Source of the DNA: Dictyostelium discoideum
Taxonomy: Eukaryota
Length of the DNA stretch: 64,000 nucleotides
NCBI GenBank assembly: GCA_000004695.1
Contig: CM000151.3
Location: 5,696,001-5,760,000 of the forward strand
Reading direction: 5' to 3'
Shown here: positions 39,439-64,000 of the stretch, piece after piece
Numbering within the stretch: position 1 is the first letter of the stretch
Layout: each line of letters begins with the position of its first letter
Program-made: the position numbers and the translations under genes
Notes under the pieces: model-generated
Seen by the model: the letters and a program-made list of their open reading frames with translations, nothing else
The model's database searches: none
What the model was told of the DNA's origin: nothing

Positions 39439-40097
39439 TTAAAACCACCTTTTTGACATTTTATCAATAGTTTTGGGAGATTTGTCAATATTCGCATCTA
39501 TTGAATCGAATTTTTTATCCATATTTTTCATTTGTTCAGTTTGAGAATGTAATGTATTTGAAAGATCTGTTGCTAAAGTTGTCATTGATGATATTTCTTG
39601 TCTAGCTGATTGAATCATTTTTGTGTTATTATCCATCATTTTATTAAGATTTAATATTTTTTCTCTTGTTTCATTTGTGGATGAGTTGAAATTTGTTGAT
39701 TGATTATTACTATTATTATTAAAAGTTTCATTTGATATTAATTGAGATTTATTAAATTGTAATTTTAATTGATCATATTTTGATAGTACAACTCTACAAT
39801 TTGGATCATTATTTATATTATTATTTATATTATTATTATTATATTCTAATTTCAATAATGATATATCATTTTCTACATTTTCAAATAATTTTTTAATTTT
39901 CTCTTTATTATTACAATTGTTTTTTAATTCATTTTCAATATTTGAAAGTGTTTCATTAATTTCTTCAATATAGGAATTTAGAATATAACTCTTTTAAAAA
40001 AAAATGAAAAATAAAAAATAAAAATAAAAATATTAGTATTAATATTATGGATTAAAATAATAATTAGAATAATAATAATAATAAAAAATTATACCAT
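39439..40097 (-). CDS. SNARE-motif protein (Qb/Qc type, about 190 aa) with no C-terminal TM found; join(39439..39990,40095..40097)
   Basis: The ORF-track start at 39855 is a TTG and the frame stays open up to the acceptor ttttaaaag| at 39991. The only upstream ATG is followed immediately by GTATAA, giving a single-codon first exon (ATG|GTATAAT..., 104-nt intron). The heptad SNARE motif carries a central Gln: ...MIQSARQEISSMTTLATDLSNTLHSQTEQMKNMDKKFDSIDANIDKSPKTIDKMSKR. Confidence 0.5.
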
Positions 40098-40112
40098 TAA
40101 TAAATTTGTTTG

Positions 40113-40150
<38 letters not shown>

Positions 40151-40588
40151 TATGGTAGTTAATTAATTATTTTAAAAAGATGGTTTTATAAAAGATATTG
40201 ATTGATCATTAATATATTATTTTGAATAGTTTGGTTTATAAATTAAATTAAAATTAAAATTAAAATAAAAAAAAAAAAAAAAAATTAATAAAACAGGTGT
40301 TCTGTAACACCCGCTGTAAAATTGAAAAAAATTCAGTGAAAAATAAAAAAAATAAAAAAAAATAAAATAAATTAAAAAAAATAAAATAAAATTGAAAAAA
40401 AAAAAAAATTTAAAAATTATTTTTTAAATATTTCGACTTATTACACAAACACACGCCTATAATTCATTATTTATTATTCCACCTTTTTTTTTTTTTTATT
40501 AATTAATAACCTATATAAAAATAACACACATATAACAATACACATATAATACACGTATAATACACTTTTTTTTTAAAAAAAAAAACAA

Positions 40589-40760
40589 ATGGAAATCGAT
40601 AACCAAAATATAAATAATATAAATAATAATAATATACACAATAATATAAATAATAATAATATAAATAAAAGGAATATAGAGAATAATATAAATAATATAA
40701 ATAATATAAATAATAATATATCAATGAAGAATAAAAATAATAATATCGACAATAAAAAAA

Positions 40761-40806
<46 letters not shown>

Positions 40807-41692
40807 TAGCATAAGTAATAATAATAATAATAATAATAAATCATTTGGATTATATTCATTAGAACAACCAGCACCATTACCTTTATGGTTATTAGTTATA
40901 GTATTTGGTGTTTCAATTTCAGTTATAGTATTTTTATTTTTAAATTTTCCAAGTTTATCTCCTCAACACAAACAATTAATTCGTTTACCTAAAAACTTTA
41001 AAGATGTTAAATTATTAAGTGATATTTTATCTCAGTATACTGATGATAATTATTTTATTGTAATTACTACTTTTGGTGTTATTTATACATTGTAAGTAAA
41101 AAAGAAAAAGAAAAAAAAGATTTTATTTTTTTAAATGTTATATTAATTTATTTATTTATTTATTTATTTTTTTTTATTATTTATTAATAGTTTACAAGCA
41201 TTTTCAATACCAGGATCAGTATTTTTAAGTTTTTTATCAGGTGGATTATTTGGATTAAAAGTTGGATTTCCATTAGTTTGCTTTGTAGCAACATTAGGTG
41301 CAACATTTTCCTATTTAATATCATATTATATTGGAAGAAATTTAGTAAGAAAGTTATTTCCAGATAAATTAAAGTTATTTTCAGATTCACTATCGCAAAA
41401 ACGTGATAATTTATTAAATTATATCGTTTTCTTGCGTATTACACCATTCTTACCAAATTGGTTCATAAATTTAGCATCTCCATTGTTGGATGTTCCAATT
41501 CATACATTTGCCATTGGCACCTTTATTGGAATTATGCCAGCCACCTTTTTGGCTGTAAAAGCTGGAATTCAAATCCAAAACATTCAAAATCCTTCCGATA
41601 TTTTCGATTTAAAATCAATTTTAACAATGGCAGCTTTAGCTTTATTATCTATTTTACCAACTTTAATTCAAAAAAAGTTAAAAGTTAATTAA
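40589..41692 (+). CDS. TVP38/TMEM64/DedA-family ('SNARE-associated Golgi protein' family) membrane protein; join(40589..41091,41191..41692)
   Basis: Real ATG at 40589. Asn-rich N-terminus, then a TM. Donor TT|GTAAGT (phase 2), 99-nt intron, acceptor ...ttaatag. Exon 2 carries the family signature G.....F.....R..P.LP....N...G......F...T.IG..P (YIVFLRITPFLPNWFINLASPLLDVPIHTFAIGTFIGIMP). Confidence 0.8.
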
Positions 41693-41750
41693 TTATAATA
41701 AAAAATGTTTTTTTTTTATAAAAAAAAAAAAATAAATGTTTAAAAAAAAA

Positions 41751-42225
41751 AAAAACATAACAAAAACTTTATTATTATAATCTTATGTGATCCAAACACA
41801 TCGGATCTCATTTTTTTTTTTTTTTAATTTTTTTTTTTTTTTTTTTAATTTTTTTTTTTTTTAAAATCATAATTTAAAACTTAATTAAAAAAAAAAAAAA
41901 AAAAAAAAGGATAAATAATGTTTTTTATTTTTAATTTTTACATCAAATGAAAAAAAATAAAAAAAAAATAAAATAAAAAATTAAATCAATTAATAATCCA
42001 TACACAATAGAGGTTTAACTGAATAAAAAATAAATGATAATATGTAAAATAATAAAAAAAAAAAAAAAAAAAAATTAAAAAAACAATTTACAAACATTCG
42101 AGCCTGATCTCAGGCTATCTTTAGTTGGAAAAATAAAAAAAAAAAAAAAAAAAAAAAAGGAAAAACATGAGATCTAATTTTAGATCACATAGGATTATAA
42201 TAATAAAGTTTTTGTTATGTTTTTT
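41751..42225. mobile_element. Inverted-repeat pair (arms about 60 bp, about 90% identical over the inner 44 bp) flanking about 350 bp; MITE/foldback-like or long-hairpin element
   Basis: Left arm 41751..41813 (aaaaacataacaaaaactttattattataatcttatgtgatcc...). The reverse complement of the right arm 42167..42225 reads aaaaacataacaaaaactttattattataatcctatgtgatct.... The interior holds a short GC hairpin agcctgatctcaggct at about 42101..42116. It sits immediately 3' of the TVP38-family gene. Confidence 0.5.
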
Positions 42226-42464
42226 TTTGCTTTTTTTTTTTTTTCTTTTTTATATTACTTTTTATATTTTATTTTTTTTTTTTTAATTTTTTATAATTTA
42301 ATTAAATCATAATCAACCCCACTAACACACTCTTCTCACAGACTTCTATATATAATTTTTTTTTTTTTTATTTTATTTTATTTTTTTTTTTTTATTTTTT
42401 TTTTCATTTATTAAAAAAAAAAAAAAAAATAAAATATAAAAAAAATAAAAAACAACACCCAAAG

Positions 42465-42510
<46 letters not shown>

Positions 42511-42633
42511 AATTATTTATATATATATATATTATTTAACACTTAATTATTTTAATTCGTATTTCTAATAATAAATAAAATCAAAAACACATAAAACTTT
42601 TTTTAAATTAATTTTAAATGTTTTAATTGCCAC

Positions 42634-42670
<37 letters not shown>

Positions 42671-43297
42671 TTTTCGAATAATTTAAACATCACCAATATA
42701 TTAACAATAATAGATAACAATAACATCAAATACCAATAATTATATAAATTCTTTTTTTCACTTTTTTTTTTTTTTTTATTTTTTATTTTTTTTTTTTTTA
42801 TTATTATTAAATTTATTTATTTATTTTTTTATATTTAAAACTCTATATGTATATTTAAAATTCTATTTATTTAAAATTCTATTTATTTAAAATTATTAAA
42901 ATTTTTTCTTTGTAAAATAATTCAACAAAAACACGCACACACACATAATTTTATATAAAAGTACTATTGTCACTTTTATAATAATATTTTATTGTTTAAC
43001 ATTATTTTTTTTCTTTTCTTTTATTACTACGGCATCATCAACAATATCATTACTTTTAACATAAACAACAATAACTACAACAAAAACAACCAACCCACCC
43101 ACCCACATATACAAGCTATAGTGTAAAAAATAAATATACTAATTTCAAAATTAGTATTTCTCCTTTTTTTTTTTTTTTTTATTTTATTTTATTTTTTTCT
43201 TCTTTCTTTTTATAGTGTAAATAATAAAAATTAATAAAAAATTGTACATATCAATATAAATATATATATAAATAAAAAAACAAAAATAAAAAAATTT

Positions 43298-43332
<35 letters not shown>

Positions 43333-43373
43333 CTTTTTAAAATAAAATAAAAAAAAAGCAATACAAATAAAAA

Positions 43374-48830
<5,457 letters not shown>

Positions 48831-48913
48831 ATAATTTTAAATTATTTAATGATTATTAAAAATAAATTAAAAAATAAATAATAATAAAAACTTTAAAAAA
48901 ATTAAATCTATCT

Positions 48914-48948
<35 letters not shown>

Positions 48949-49036
48949 TATGGTTATTTATTTATTTATTTATTTATTTATTCTACAATGGATACATTTT
49001 AATTATTTTTTTTTATTTTATCAAACATATATTTTT

Positions 49037-49295
49037 TTATTTTAAATAACTAGCCATTTCTGTATAAACTTTAAATTTTACATCTTCCTTACTTTTTTTT
49101 AATTCATCTCTGCCAATATTATTTTCAAAATTATTGAATATGATATCATCTTTATCGCTTGTACTAACCAAAGTATATCTAGTCTTTTTTTTTTTAAAAA
49201 AAAAAAAAAAATCTTAGTATATCATAAAAAAAAAAAAATTTTAATATCATAAAATTATTACTTACTATTTCTTTAGTTCTATACAATGAATTCAT
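49037..49295 (-). CDS. Candidate small 2-exon gene (58 aa): MNSLYRTKEI|TRYTLVSTSDKDDIIFNNFENNIGRDELKKSKEDVKFKVYTEMASYLK; join(49037..49183,49266..49295)
   Basis: ATG at 49295, a 10-codon exon, a perfect GTAAGT donor, a 76-nt AT-rich intron, acceptor aaaaaag|, and a 49-codon second exon. Below the ORF-track cutoff. No recognised family. Confidence 0.3.
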
Positions 49296-49742
49296 ATTTA
49301 CCAAAATACAATCAAAATTAAATATATATGAAAAAAATAAAAAATAAAAAAATAAAAAATATATTAAATAAAAAAAGAAAATTAAAATATTTTCTTTTTT
49401 TATTTATTTTTTAATTTTAATTGTTCATTCAAATAATTAAAAATTTTTTTTCACATATTATTAAAAAAAAAAAAAAAAAAAAAACAATAATAATAATTTT
49501 TCCATGTTTACCATACATATTTGTGTTCTACAGATCGGCGTATAAGAAAATAAAAAAAAAATAAAAAAAAAAAAATTAATTTTTTTTTTTCTTTTTTTCT
49601 TTGTGTTAAATCATCCATATTATTTATTCCTTATAATTCACTAGGAACAACCACTTGAAAAATCAAATATTAAACTAAAAAATTAAAAATTAATTAATTA
49701 TTAATTATTATTTCAATTTTTTTTTTTTTTTTTTCCCAAAAA

Positions 49743-56816
<7,074 letters not shown>

Positions 56817-56861
56817 TTTTGTCTCTGAAAAATCGATGGTTTGGTCGAATACTGTATCATT

Positions 56862-56977
<116 letters not shown>

Positions 56978-57369
56978 AAAGTTGATGCTGTTTTTCAGAA
57001 GGTTTGGAATTTTTTTTAGACTTTATAAAAAAAAAAAAAAATTAAAAAATTAAAAAAAAAAAATGGAAATTAATTATATATATTAATTAGAAATATAAGG
57101 TTTTAGGTATAAAAGAAAACATACATTCATATTATAAAATCATTGTCATTGGTGTGTATTGTTATTATTAATTATTATGTTGGTATTAATATCTGAAGTT
57201 TTTTATTTTTTTTTTAAAGATTTTAGTTTTGTTTATGTTTTATTTTTTTTAAATCTCACTTTTCAAAGAAAGAAAGAAAAAAAAAAAAAAAAAAGGTTTC
57301 TATTATTAATTAATTATCTATAGGTTTTTTTAAATTCCTATAATTATAGTACAACAAAAATTATTTTAA

Positions 57370-57411
<42 letters not shown>

Positions 57412-57491
57412 AAAGTTGTTTTGGGTGATTGAAAAAACTGTTTTTTTTGATATATTTTTTAATTAATTTCAAATTTTTTTTTTATTTTTTT

Positions 57492-57529
<38 letters not shown>

Positions 57530-57693
57530 GATTAAAATAAAAAAATTAAAGATAAAAATAATAAAAATAATAAATAGGTTTAAATCTAACAGTCCTTTGG
57601 ATTGGAAAAAAAAAATAAAAATAAAAAATAAAAATAAAAATAAAATAAAAAATAAAAAAAAACTAATTTAAAATTTAGAAATATCTCTTTAAA

Positions 57694-57726
<33 letters not shown>

Positions 57727-58201
57727 CACCACAACAAATCCCCAATATCAAATTTTGACAGCAAACAAATTTTTGTTATTGCAAATAAAAAAAAAATAAA
57801 AAAAAAATAAATTTTTTAATTTTTGAAAAAAAATAAAAAAAAAAAAAATGGTAATTTGCCAATTTTTTTTTTTTTTTTCTTCAAGCTTTTTTAATCTCGA
57901 CAATTAATTCAAAAAAGGTTGTAGCGCGAAGTGAACAAACATATTATAATAATAATAATATTACAAAAAAAAAAAAAAGAAGAACAGATAGAATAAAAGG
58001 TTTAGATTTAAAATCAAAATTCTATTAATTTTTAAAAAATCAAAAAAAACTAAAAATAAAAATTAACATTTACGGAAAAAAAAAAGAAATTGTATAAATA
58101 AATAAATAAATAAATAAATACAATTTTACCATATTTTAATAATTAATAAATAAGAAAAATAATTATCAAAAGTAACCAAAAAAAAAAAAAAAAGAAAGAA
58201 A

Positions 58202-58495
58202 ATGTCAAGTGTATCAATTGAACAATTTAAAAATGAAAAAGATTTAAAAATATGGGTAACTGCCTCAGAGGTTAAACCAATTGACCAATTTGGTGATGCA
58301 GATTGTCCACCTTGTATTAGAAGGATGGCAAACTCACAATATTGTGGTGATGAATTGGTAAAGTCATACTTATGTTTTCAAGAAAGTAATAAAAATGGCA
58401 CTTCAGTTGAATCATGTGCAGGTTCATTTAACAAACTTAAAGATTGTATGGTAAAATACCCAATTAAATTTTATGACCCATTATTCAAAAAGTAA
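58202..58495 (+). CDS. Twin Cx9C (CHCH-domain) protein, 97 aa, probable mitochondrial intermembrane-space protein
   Basis: Real ATG at 58202. Two C-x9-C pairs, CIRRMANSQYC and CAGSFNKLKDC, plus an additional CPPC. Size and spacing are typical of COX-assembly/CHCH proteins. Confidence 0.7.
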   Translation: MSSVSIEQFKNEKDLKIWVTASEVKPIDQFGDADCPPCIRRMANSQYCGDELVKSYLCFQESNKNGTSVESCAGSFNKLKDCMVKYPIKFYDPLFKK

Positions 58496-58512
58496 TTATC
58501 GTCTTTTTTTCT

Positions 58513-58545
<33 letters not shown>

Positions 58546-58873
58546 CAAAAACAAATCTTTACCACAATCTACACTTTTTTTTTTTTTTTTTAAACACCTT
58601 GATATTAATTATTTTACTTACCATTTTTTTTTTTTTTTTTTTTTAAAATAATTGTAGTGGTAGAAACTTAGAACAGGACTCAAAGTAAAATCGATTTAAT
58701 AATAAAATAAAAAATTATTAAAAAAAAAATAAAGAAGTTTAGATTTTTAAATTCAAATAATTATTTTATTCAATGATATTTTTATTATTATTATTATTTA
58801 AATATTATTATTATTTAAATATTATTATTATTTTTTTAAATAATTATTTATTTATTTATTTAAATTTAATTAC

Positions 58874-59949
58874 TTATTTATTTTGATATCTAATAAATTT
58901 TAATGATAAATAACCACCAACTAAAAGTGCAAAAGTGAATGAGGCCATAATTAAGATATCCCAATATTGGAAAGATATTTTATAATCAATTCTATCTAAT
59001 ACTTGAGTACCATGAGTGATCGGACAAAAGAATTTAGTAGTATTTTGAGATGGAATTGGTATTGGAATTGCACCTTTATTATCGGTACAAACGAATTCCA
59101 TATCTTTGAATTCAGTAATGAGGAAAGCTTTCAATGGATAAGAGATGAAATCCAAATAGAAAGCCCATTTCCAAGCGGCTGGCATCGATGGTGGGGGGAT
59201 CATAAAACCAGCGAAAAGAGATGTCACCGATAAGAGAACACCATTCAATAGGAAAGCCATTTCTTCAACTGGTAATGATGTTGCAAATGCAATAGATGTT
59301 AAACCGAAATTTAAATAAAGCATGACTGAAATGAATGAATGGTAAAAGAAATCCCAACCATGATTTGATAATGAAAGTCCAGTTAAAAAGTAAACTGGTA
59401 TGACGTAGGCGTAGGAAGTGATGATTACAAATGGTAGATCCGATAATACAAATGTTAGATAATAGATCCAAACTCTATACATCCCCGAAGCTTGTTCACG
59501 ATAGAATACACCACGTTCAGTTGAAACGGTTGGAATAATTGATAAACCTGCCATACCACCAAACATTAAACTAAAGAATAAAAATGAAATACGATTGAAA
59601 ACATCGTTTTGTTCTTTATCCAAACGTAAAAACAATGTACCAATAACCAAACCCAATACAAATGATCTACCAACACGAGTTCTAATTGTATCAACTCTAC
59701 GAATACCACCTTTCCATGACCTTTTCAATAACTCTATAAATTGAGTTTTAATTGTACTACTATATTTACCATGATAAACTGCCACTGGTGTACCAACTGG
59801 CATAATACTATTCTCAACAATTGATAATAGTTTTTGATTTTCTTTTGATTCTTTAAATGATTCAACTGGATCAAATGATATTGATGATGATGATAATGAT
59901 GATTCTAAATTTTTTTTATTATTATTATTTAAAGTATCACTTGTATTAC

Positions 59950-60034
<85 letters not shown>

Positions 60035-62577
60035 TTCATTAGAAGTTGAAGTTGGTAAGGTTTGTGGTGGTTGTATAATTTCAATAATATCTTCAGTTAC
60101 ATCCAAAATGAAATCTGCAGGATTTTTGAATGGATCACAAATTAAACCTCTTTCTGCAAAATAATTTAAAACAATTTTTGAATTTGTACCAGTTGGACCA
60201 AAGTAAACAGTTTCACCACCTCTCTTTAAGAGTAAAAGATGATCAAACTTTTTAAAGATTGTAGTTGATGGTTGATGAATTGTACAAATAACTGAACGAC
60301 CACTTGATGCAATCTTTTTAATTAAATTCATTACCTTCAAGGCAGCAGATGAATCCAAACCAGATGTTGGTTCATCAAGGAAGAGTAATTGTGGGTCCGA
60401 TGCTAATTCAATACCCATATTAACACGTTTACGTTGTGATAGTGATAAACCACTTTCAACATCACCAATTAATGAATGTTGAATCTTTAATAAATTTAAA
60501 GTCTCCAAAATATTATCAACAAATTCTTCCTTTTCTTGAATTGGTACTGAATTTGGTAATCTATTTTTAGCAGAGAATAAAATCACTTCTCTAACCGTTG
60601 ACACTGGTGTTAAAATATCCATTTGTTCAACATATGCGGAAGTACGAGTGAAATATTTAGTTCTTTCTTGACCATTGATTAAAATTTGACCTTTAGTATG
60701 ACCACCTGTTTTTCTATTAGCTAAAACATCTAATAATGTTGATTTACCAGCACCTGATGGACCCATTAATGCAACCAACATACCTGGTTTAACATAACCA
60801 TTAATACCATTCAATAGTCTTAAACGTTGATTTTTACCATCTTTCTTTACATCAACTTCATAAACTAAATCTTTCCATTGCATATAACAACCAATTGGAA
60901 TATCTTTCCTTAAATTTGCTTTACCACTTGATTTAACATCAACATCAACTGATTCCATTTCTTCACCAGAATCTGAATCATCATTTTGTTTTTTATTATG
61001 TTTATTATTAAAATAATTCATACTATTATTTGTTGTTGTACTATCGGTTGAATTTCTATTCATTTTTATTAGCGTTGTAGTTTTATTTGGTTTTGATTTT
61101 TTAATACCAACTGGATCTTTACGATAAACTCTAAATACTAAAAATTTCATACAAACCAAGGTAATTAACCAAAATAATAGAGTGAAAGCTGAAATAATTG
61201 CTAAATCAACCCATCTATAATAGAATTCAGTATGAAAACCAATTGAATCTAAAATTTGTTCACCTTTTGTAATTGGACAAACTTGATTACCTTCAAACCC
61301 TACCGGATAGGAGGTATTAAAAGTTGGTAAAAATGATGGTGGCATTAATTCATCGGGTGAGCAATGATAATCTAAACCACTATGTTCATTTAATAGTAAA
61401 CCTTCGAAACCATAATGAATTGGTGAAATCCAATAGAGCCAAATCCACCAACCTGGTATTTCATTGGAATGTTTCATATAGCCACACATTAGAATGAATG
61501 GTGATACAACAGCTGGTGAAATTGCAGATGCAGCATATTTGGTTTTAGTGAATGAACAAACACTTCTAATAATTGATAATGACATAACATCGCAAACTAA
61601 ACATGTTAAGAAAAAGTAAATAAATCTATCCCATGTCTTATTTAAACCTGTCATCCAATAAACGAAATTTGAAAATATCAATACCTCAACGATTGACATT
61701 GGTAAATCAGTGACAATCATACTTAGAAAGTAGGTGATTGTATTATAATATTTCCATGCACGTTCACTATAAAATACTTGACGTTGATCGAAAAATACAG
61801 ATATCGAACCAAATCCACCAAATACAAATGTTAACAATGAAAAGAATAATAAGCCTGACCTATTTGAACCATCGGCTTGGGTTGTATCCAATTTCCAATA
61901 CAATGTACCCAAAATAAACCCAATTATAACATTCTTTAATAGTCTAAGACGTATTGATGCTTTGTTACCAAGAAATAGTTTAAATCCTCTTTTAACATTC
62001 AATGATAATTGTCTACCAAATCCAGTTGAATATGGCTTTAATGTTGTTGAATAATCTATAAATTTACTTCTTTCTTCTTCATCTGGTATATGACTATCAA
62101 TATATTCTAAAATATGTTTATAAATTATTGATTTTCTATATGCCATTGCAAATTCATCTGATCCTTTTAAAGGTGGTATAATTTTATTATTATTATTCAT
62201 CATCATCATCGTTGATGAGGCTTTGTTTTTAAAATTATAATTATAATTACTACCACCACTACTACTACCACTATCACCACTACCACCATCACTACTACCA
62301 TCATCTATACCACAATATAATTCTGGTTCATCAACAATCTCTTGAAAAAATTCTGCTGGATTATGATGTTTTGGAAATTTAAATCCTAACCCTTCAAAAT
62401 ATCCAATTGCTTGATTCATTGGTCCAAAATATGACATTTGACCTTGATTCATAATCATTAAATAATCAAATAATTTTGTAATTTCTAATCCAGGTTGTAA
62501 TAATGATATTAAACATGACATTTTCTCTTGTTGAACTTTATTTTTAATTTTTGTTAACATCTTTTTAATAATTAATA

Positions 62578-62610
<33 letters not shown>

Positions 62611-63577
62611 AAAGTTAATTTAAAATTTTAGAGTTTAATATATATAAAACTCTAAAAAAAAAAGGAATAAAAAAAAAAATAAAAAAAAACTTACCTCTAA
62701 ACTTATTGAAGAATCTAAACCATTTGTTGGTTCATCCATTAATAATAAATTTGATTCCTTTACTAATTCAACACCAATGGTAACTCTTTTCTTTTGACCA
62801 CCAGAAATACCACGTAGAAATTCATCACCAACAACAGTATTTTGTACATGTTTCAAGTCTAAAAAATCCAATACATTATCAACAATTTCAATTCTTTCTT
62901 TTTCAGATTTATCCCCACTTTGACAATCGGCTGAAAATTTAAAAGTATCTCTTACGGTGAGTGGTGCTTTTAATAAAAATGAAAAAAAAATAAAAATAGA
63001 AAATTAGAAAATATTTCATTTTTTTTTTTTATTCAAAAATTTTGAAAAAAAAAAATTTTGAATTAAAAAAAAAAAAATTGGAAAAAATGAAATATGTGTA
63101 TTTACCCATATGAAAATCATCTTGTACAACATAACTAACATGTCTATGATGAGTATTGGGATCACCAGTTTTACCATTAAATAATAAATTTCCAGTTATT
63201 TTTTCATTTGAAGTTAATAATGCCAATGTGTTCATTAATGAAGTTTTACCACAACCTGGAGAACCTAATAATAAAACCATTGATCCAGGTTTTAAAAAAA
63301 AGTTTAAATCTGTTAAAATTTTCTTTTCATTTTTACCATGGCCAACTGTTGACGATAAATTTCTTGCTGATACAAATACAGATGTTCTTGGTAAATTTGA
63401 TGGATTATAACTACTTGTCGTTGAGAAATTCAATCCACCGTCAATAGATTGTTTTAAATTTGGTTCTGATTTCTTATCAACTCCAAATATATTTTTTGAT
63501 TCAATTGAATCATTTAAAAAATTCCTTGAATTACTTCTACTTTTTGCTAAATATTCTCTTTTTTCTTCATTTTCCAT
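58874..63577 (-). CDS. Full-size ABC transporter, G (PDR/WBC) subfamily: (NBD-TMD)x2, about 1476 aa; join(58874..62560,62695..62966,63106..63577)
   Basis: Exon 1 has a real ATG at 63577 and Walker [10 protein letters not shown], ending HM|G with donor GTAAAT (phase 1). Exon 2 begins ...[13 protein letters not shown] and contains the signature [12 protein letters not shown] and Walker [13 protein letters not shown], ending E|GTAAGT. Exon 3 contains TMD1, a second NBD ([36 protein letters not shown]) and TMD2. The introns are 139 and 134 nt. Confidence 0.85.
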
Positions 63578-63619
63578 TTTTTAAAATTATTTAAAAAAAA
63601 AAAAAAATAATGTTAAGAT

Positions 63620-63677
<58 letters not shown>

Positions 63678-63868
63678 AAAAAGGTTAATTTTTTTTTTTT
63701 TTTTTTTTAATATAAATTAAAGAACTAAGTTTTTTAATAAAATAAATAAATATAATTTTTTTTCTTAAAAATTATTTGAATATATATAGGTACAATTAAT
63801 TAAATTTAGTATTTCATAAATAAAATTTTAATTTTTATTATTTATTTTTTATTTAAAAATATTTTTAA

Positions 63869-63899
<31 letters not shown>

Positions 63900-64000
63900 A
63901 AAATTATTTGATTAGTAATAAATTAAAAAACATTCATACTCCTCTAAATATAAAAAAAATAATTTAATTATAATTTCAAATTTTATTTGTTGGATTTTAT

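Overview
This is eukaryotic nuclear DNA with every hallmark of a dictyostelid social amoeba, almost certainly Dictyostelium discoideum or a very close relative. It is about 78% A+T, coding regions carry in-frame (AAT)n/(CAA)n poly-Asn/poly-Gln tracts, the short AT-rich introns begin GTAAGT and end AG, and the intergenic regions are homopolymer-rich. It is not prokaryotic, and there are no CRISPR arrays, operons, rRNA or tRNA genes. By hand-splicing the six-frame track I reconstructed about 20 protein-coding genes. In order: a Rab32-like GTPase; two adjacent F-box-like hypotheticals; a Myb(R1R2R3)/ankyrin protein; a 5-exon IQ/coiled-coil DH-PH RhoGEF; a 4-exon MFS transporter; a 2-exon hypothetical; an ANP32-like LRR/acidic protein; cytochrome c (3 exons); a large low-complexity coiled-coil/TM protein; a CS-domain protein; an EGF-like signal-peptide/TM protein; a Qb/Qc-SNARE; a TVP38/DedA-family membrane protein; a 5-exon LRR-RasGEF; a giant (2357 aa) low-complexity protein with three KATNIP/DUF4457-like repeats; a twin-Cx9C CHCH protein; and a full-size ABCG transporter (3 exons). 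One caution: several 'M' starts in the ORF track are TTG/GTG codons, so those ORFs are internal exons or start at a downstream ATG. Every start reported here was checked for a real ATG. The most interesting structures are these. (i) A tandem segmental duplication of an [EGF-like gene -> SNARE gene] unit with reciprocal degeneration: copy A keeps the EGF gene and only a SNARE fragment, copy B keeps the SNARE and only an EGF remnant. (ii) A roughly 110-bp two-piece fragment of the TVP38/DedA gene (located at 41.3 kb) copied 11 kb away into the cytochrome c 3' flank, next to nested tandem repeats. (iii) A cytochrome c intron whose donor reads GAAAGT instead of GTAAGT (GA-AG, or a sequencing/strain SNP). 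(iv) A 60-bp inverted-repeat pair flanking about 350 bp (MITE/foldback-like). (v) Several small or odd gene models: a 1-codon first exon in the SNARE gene, and 49-58 aa candidate proteins. No computation or database search was possible; all domain calls are from motif recognition by eye.
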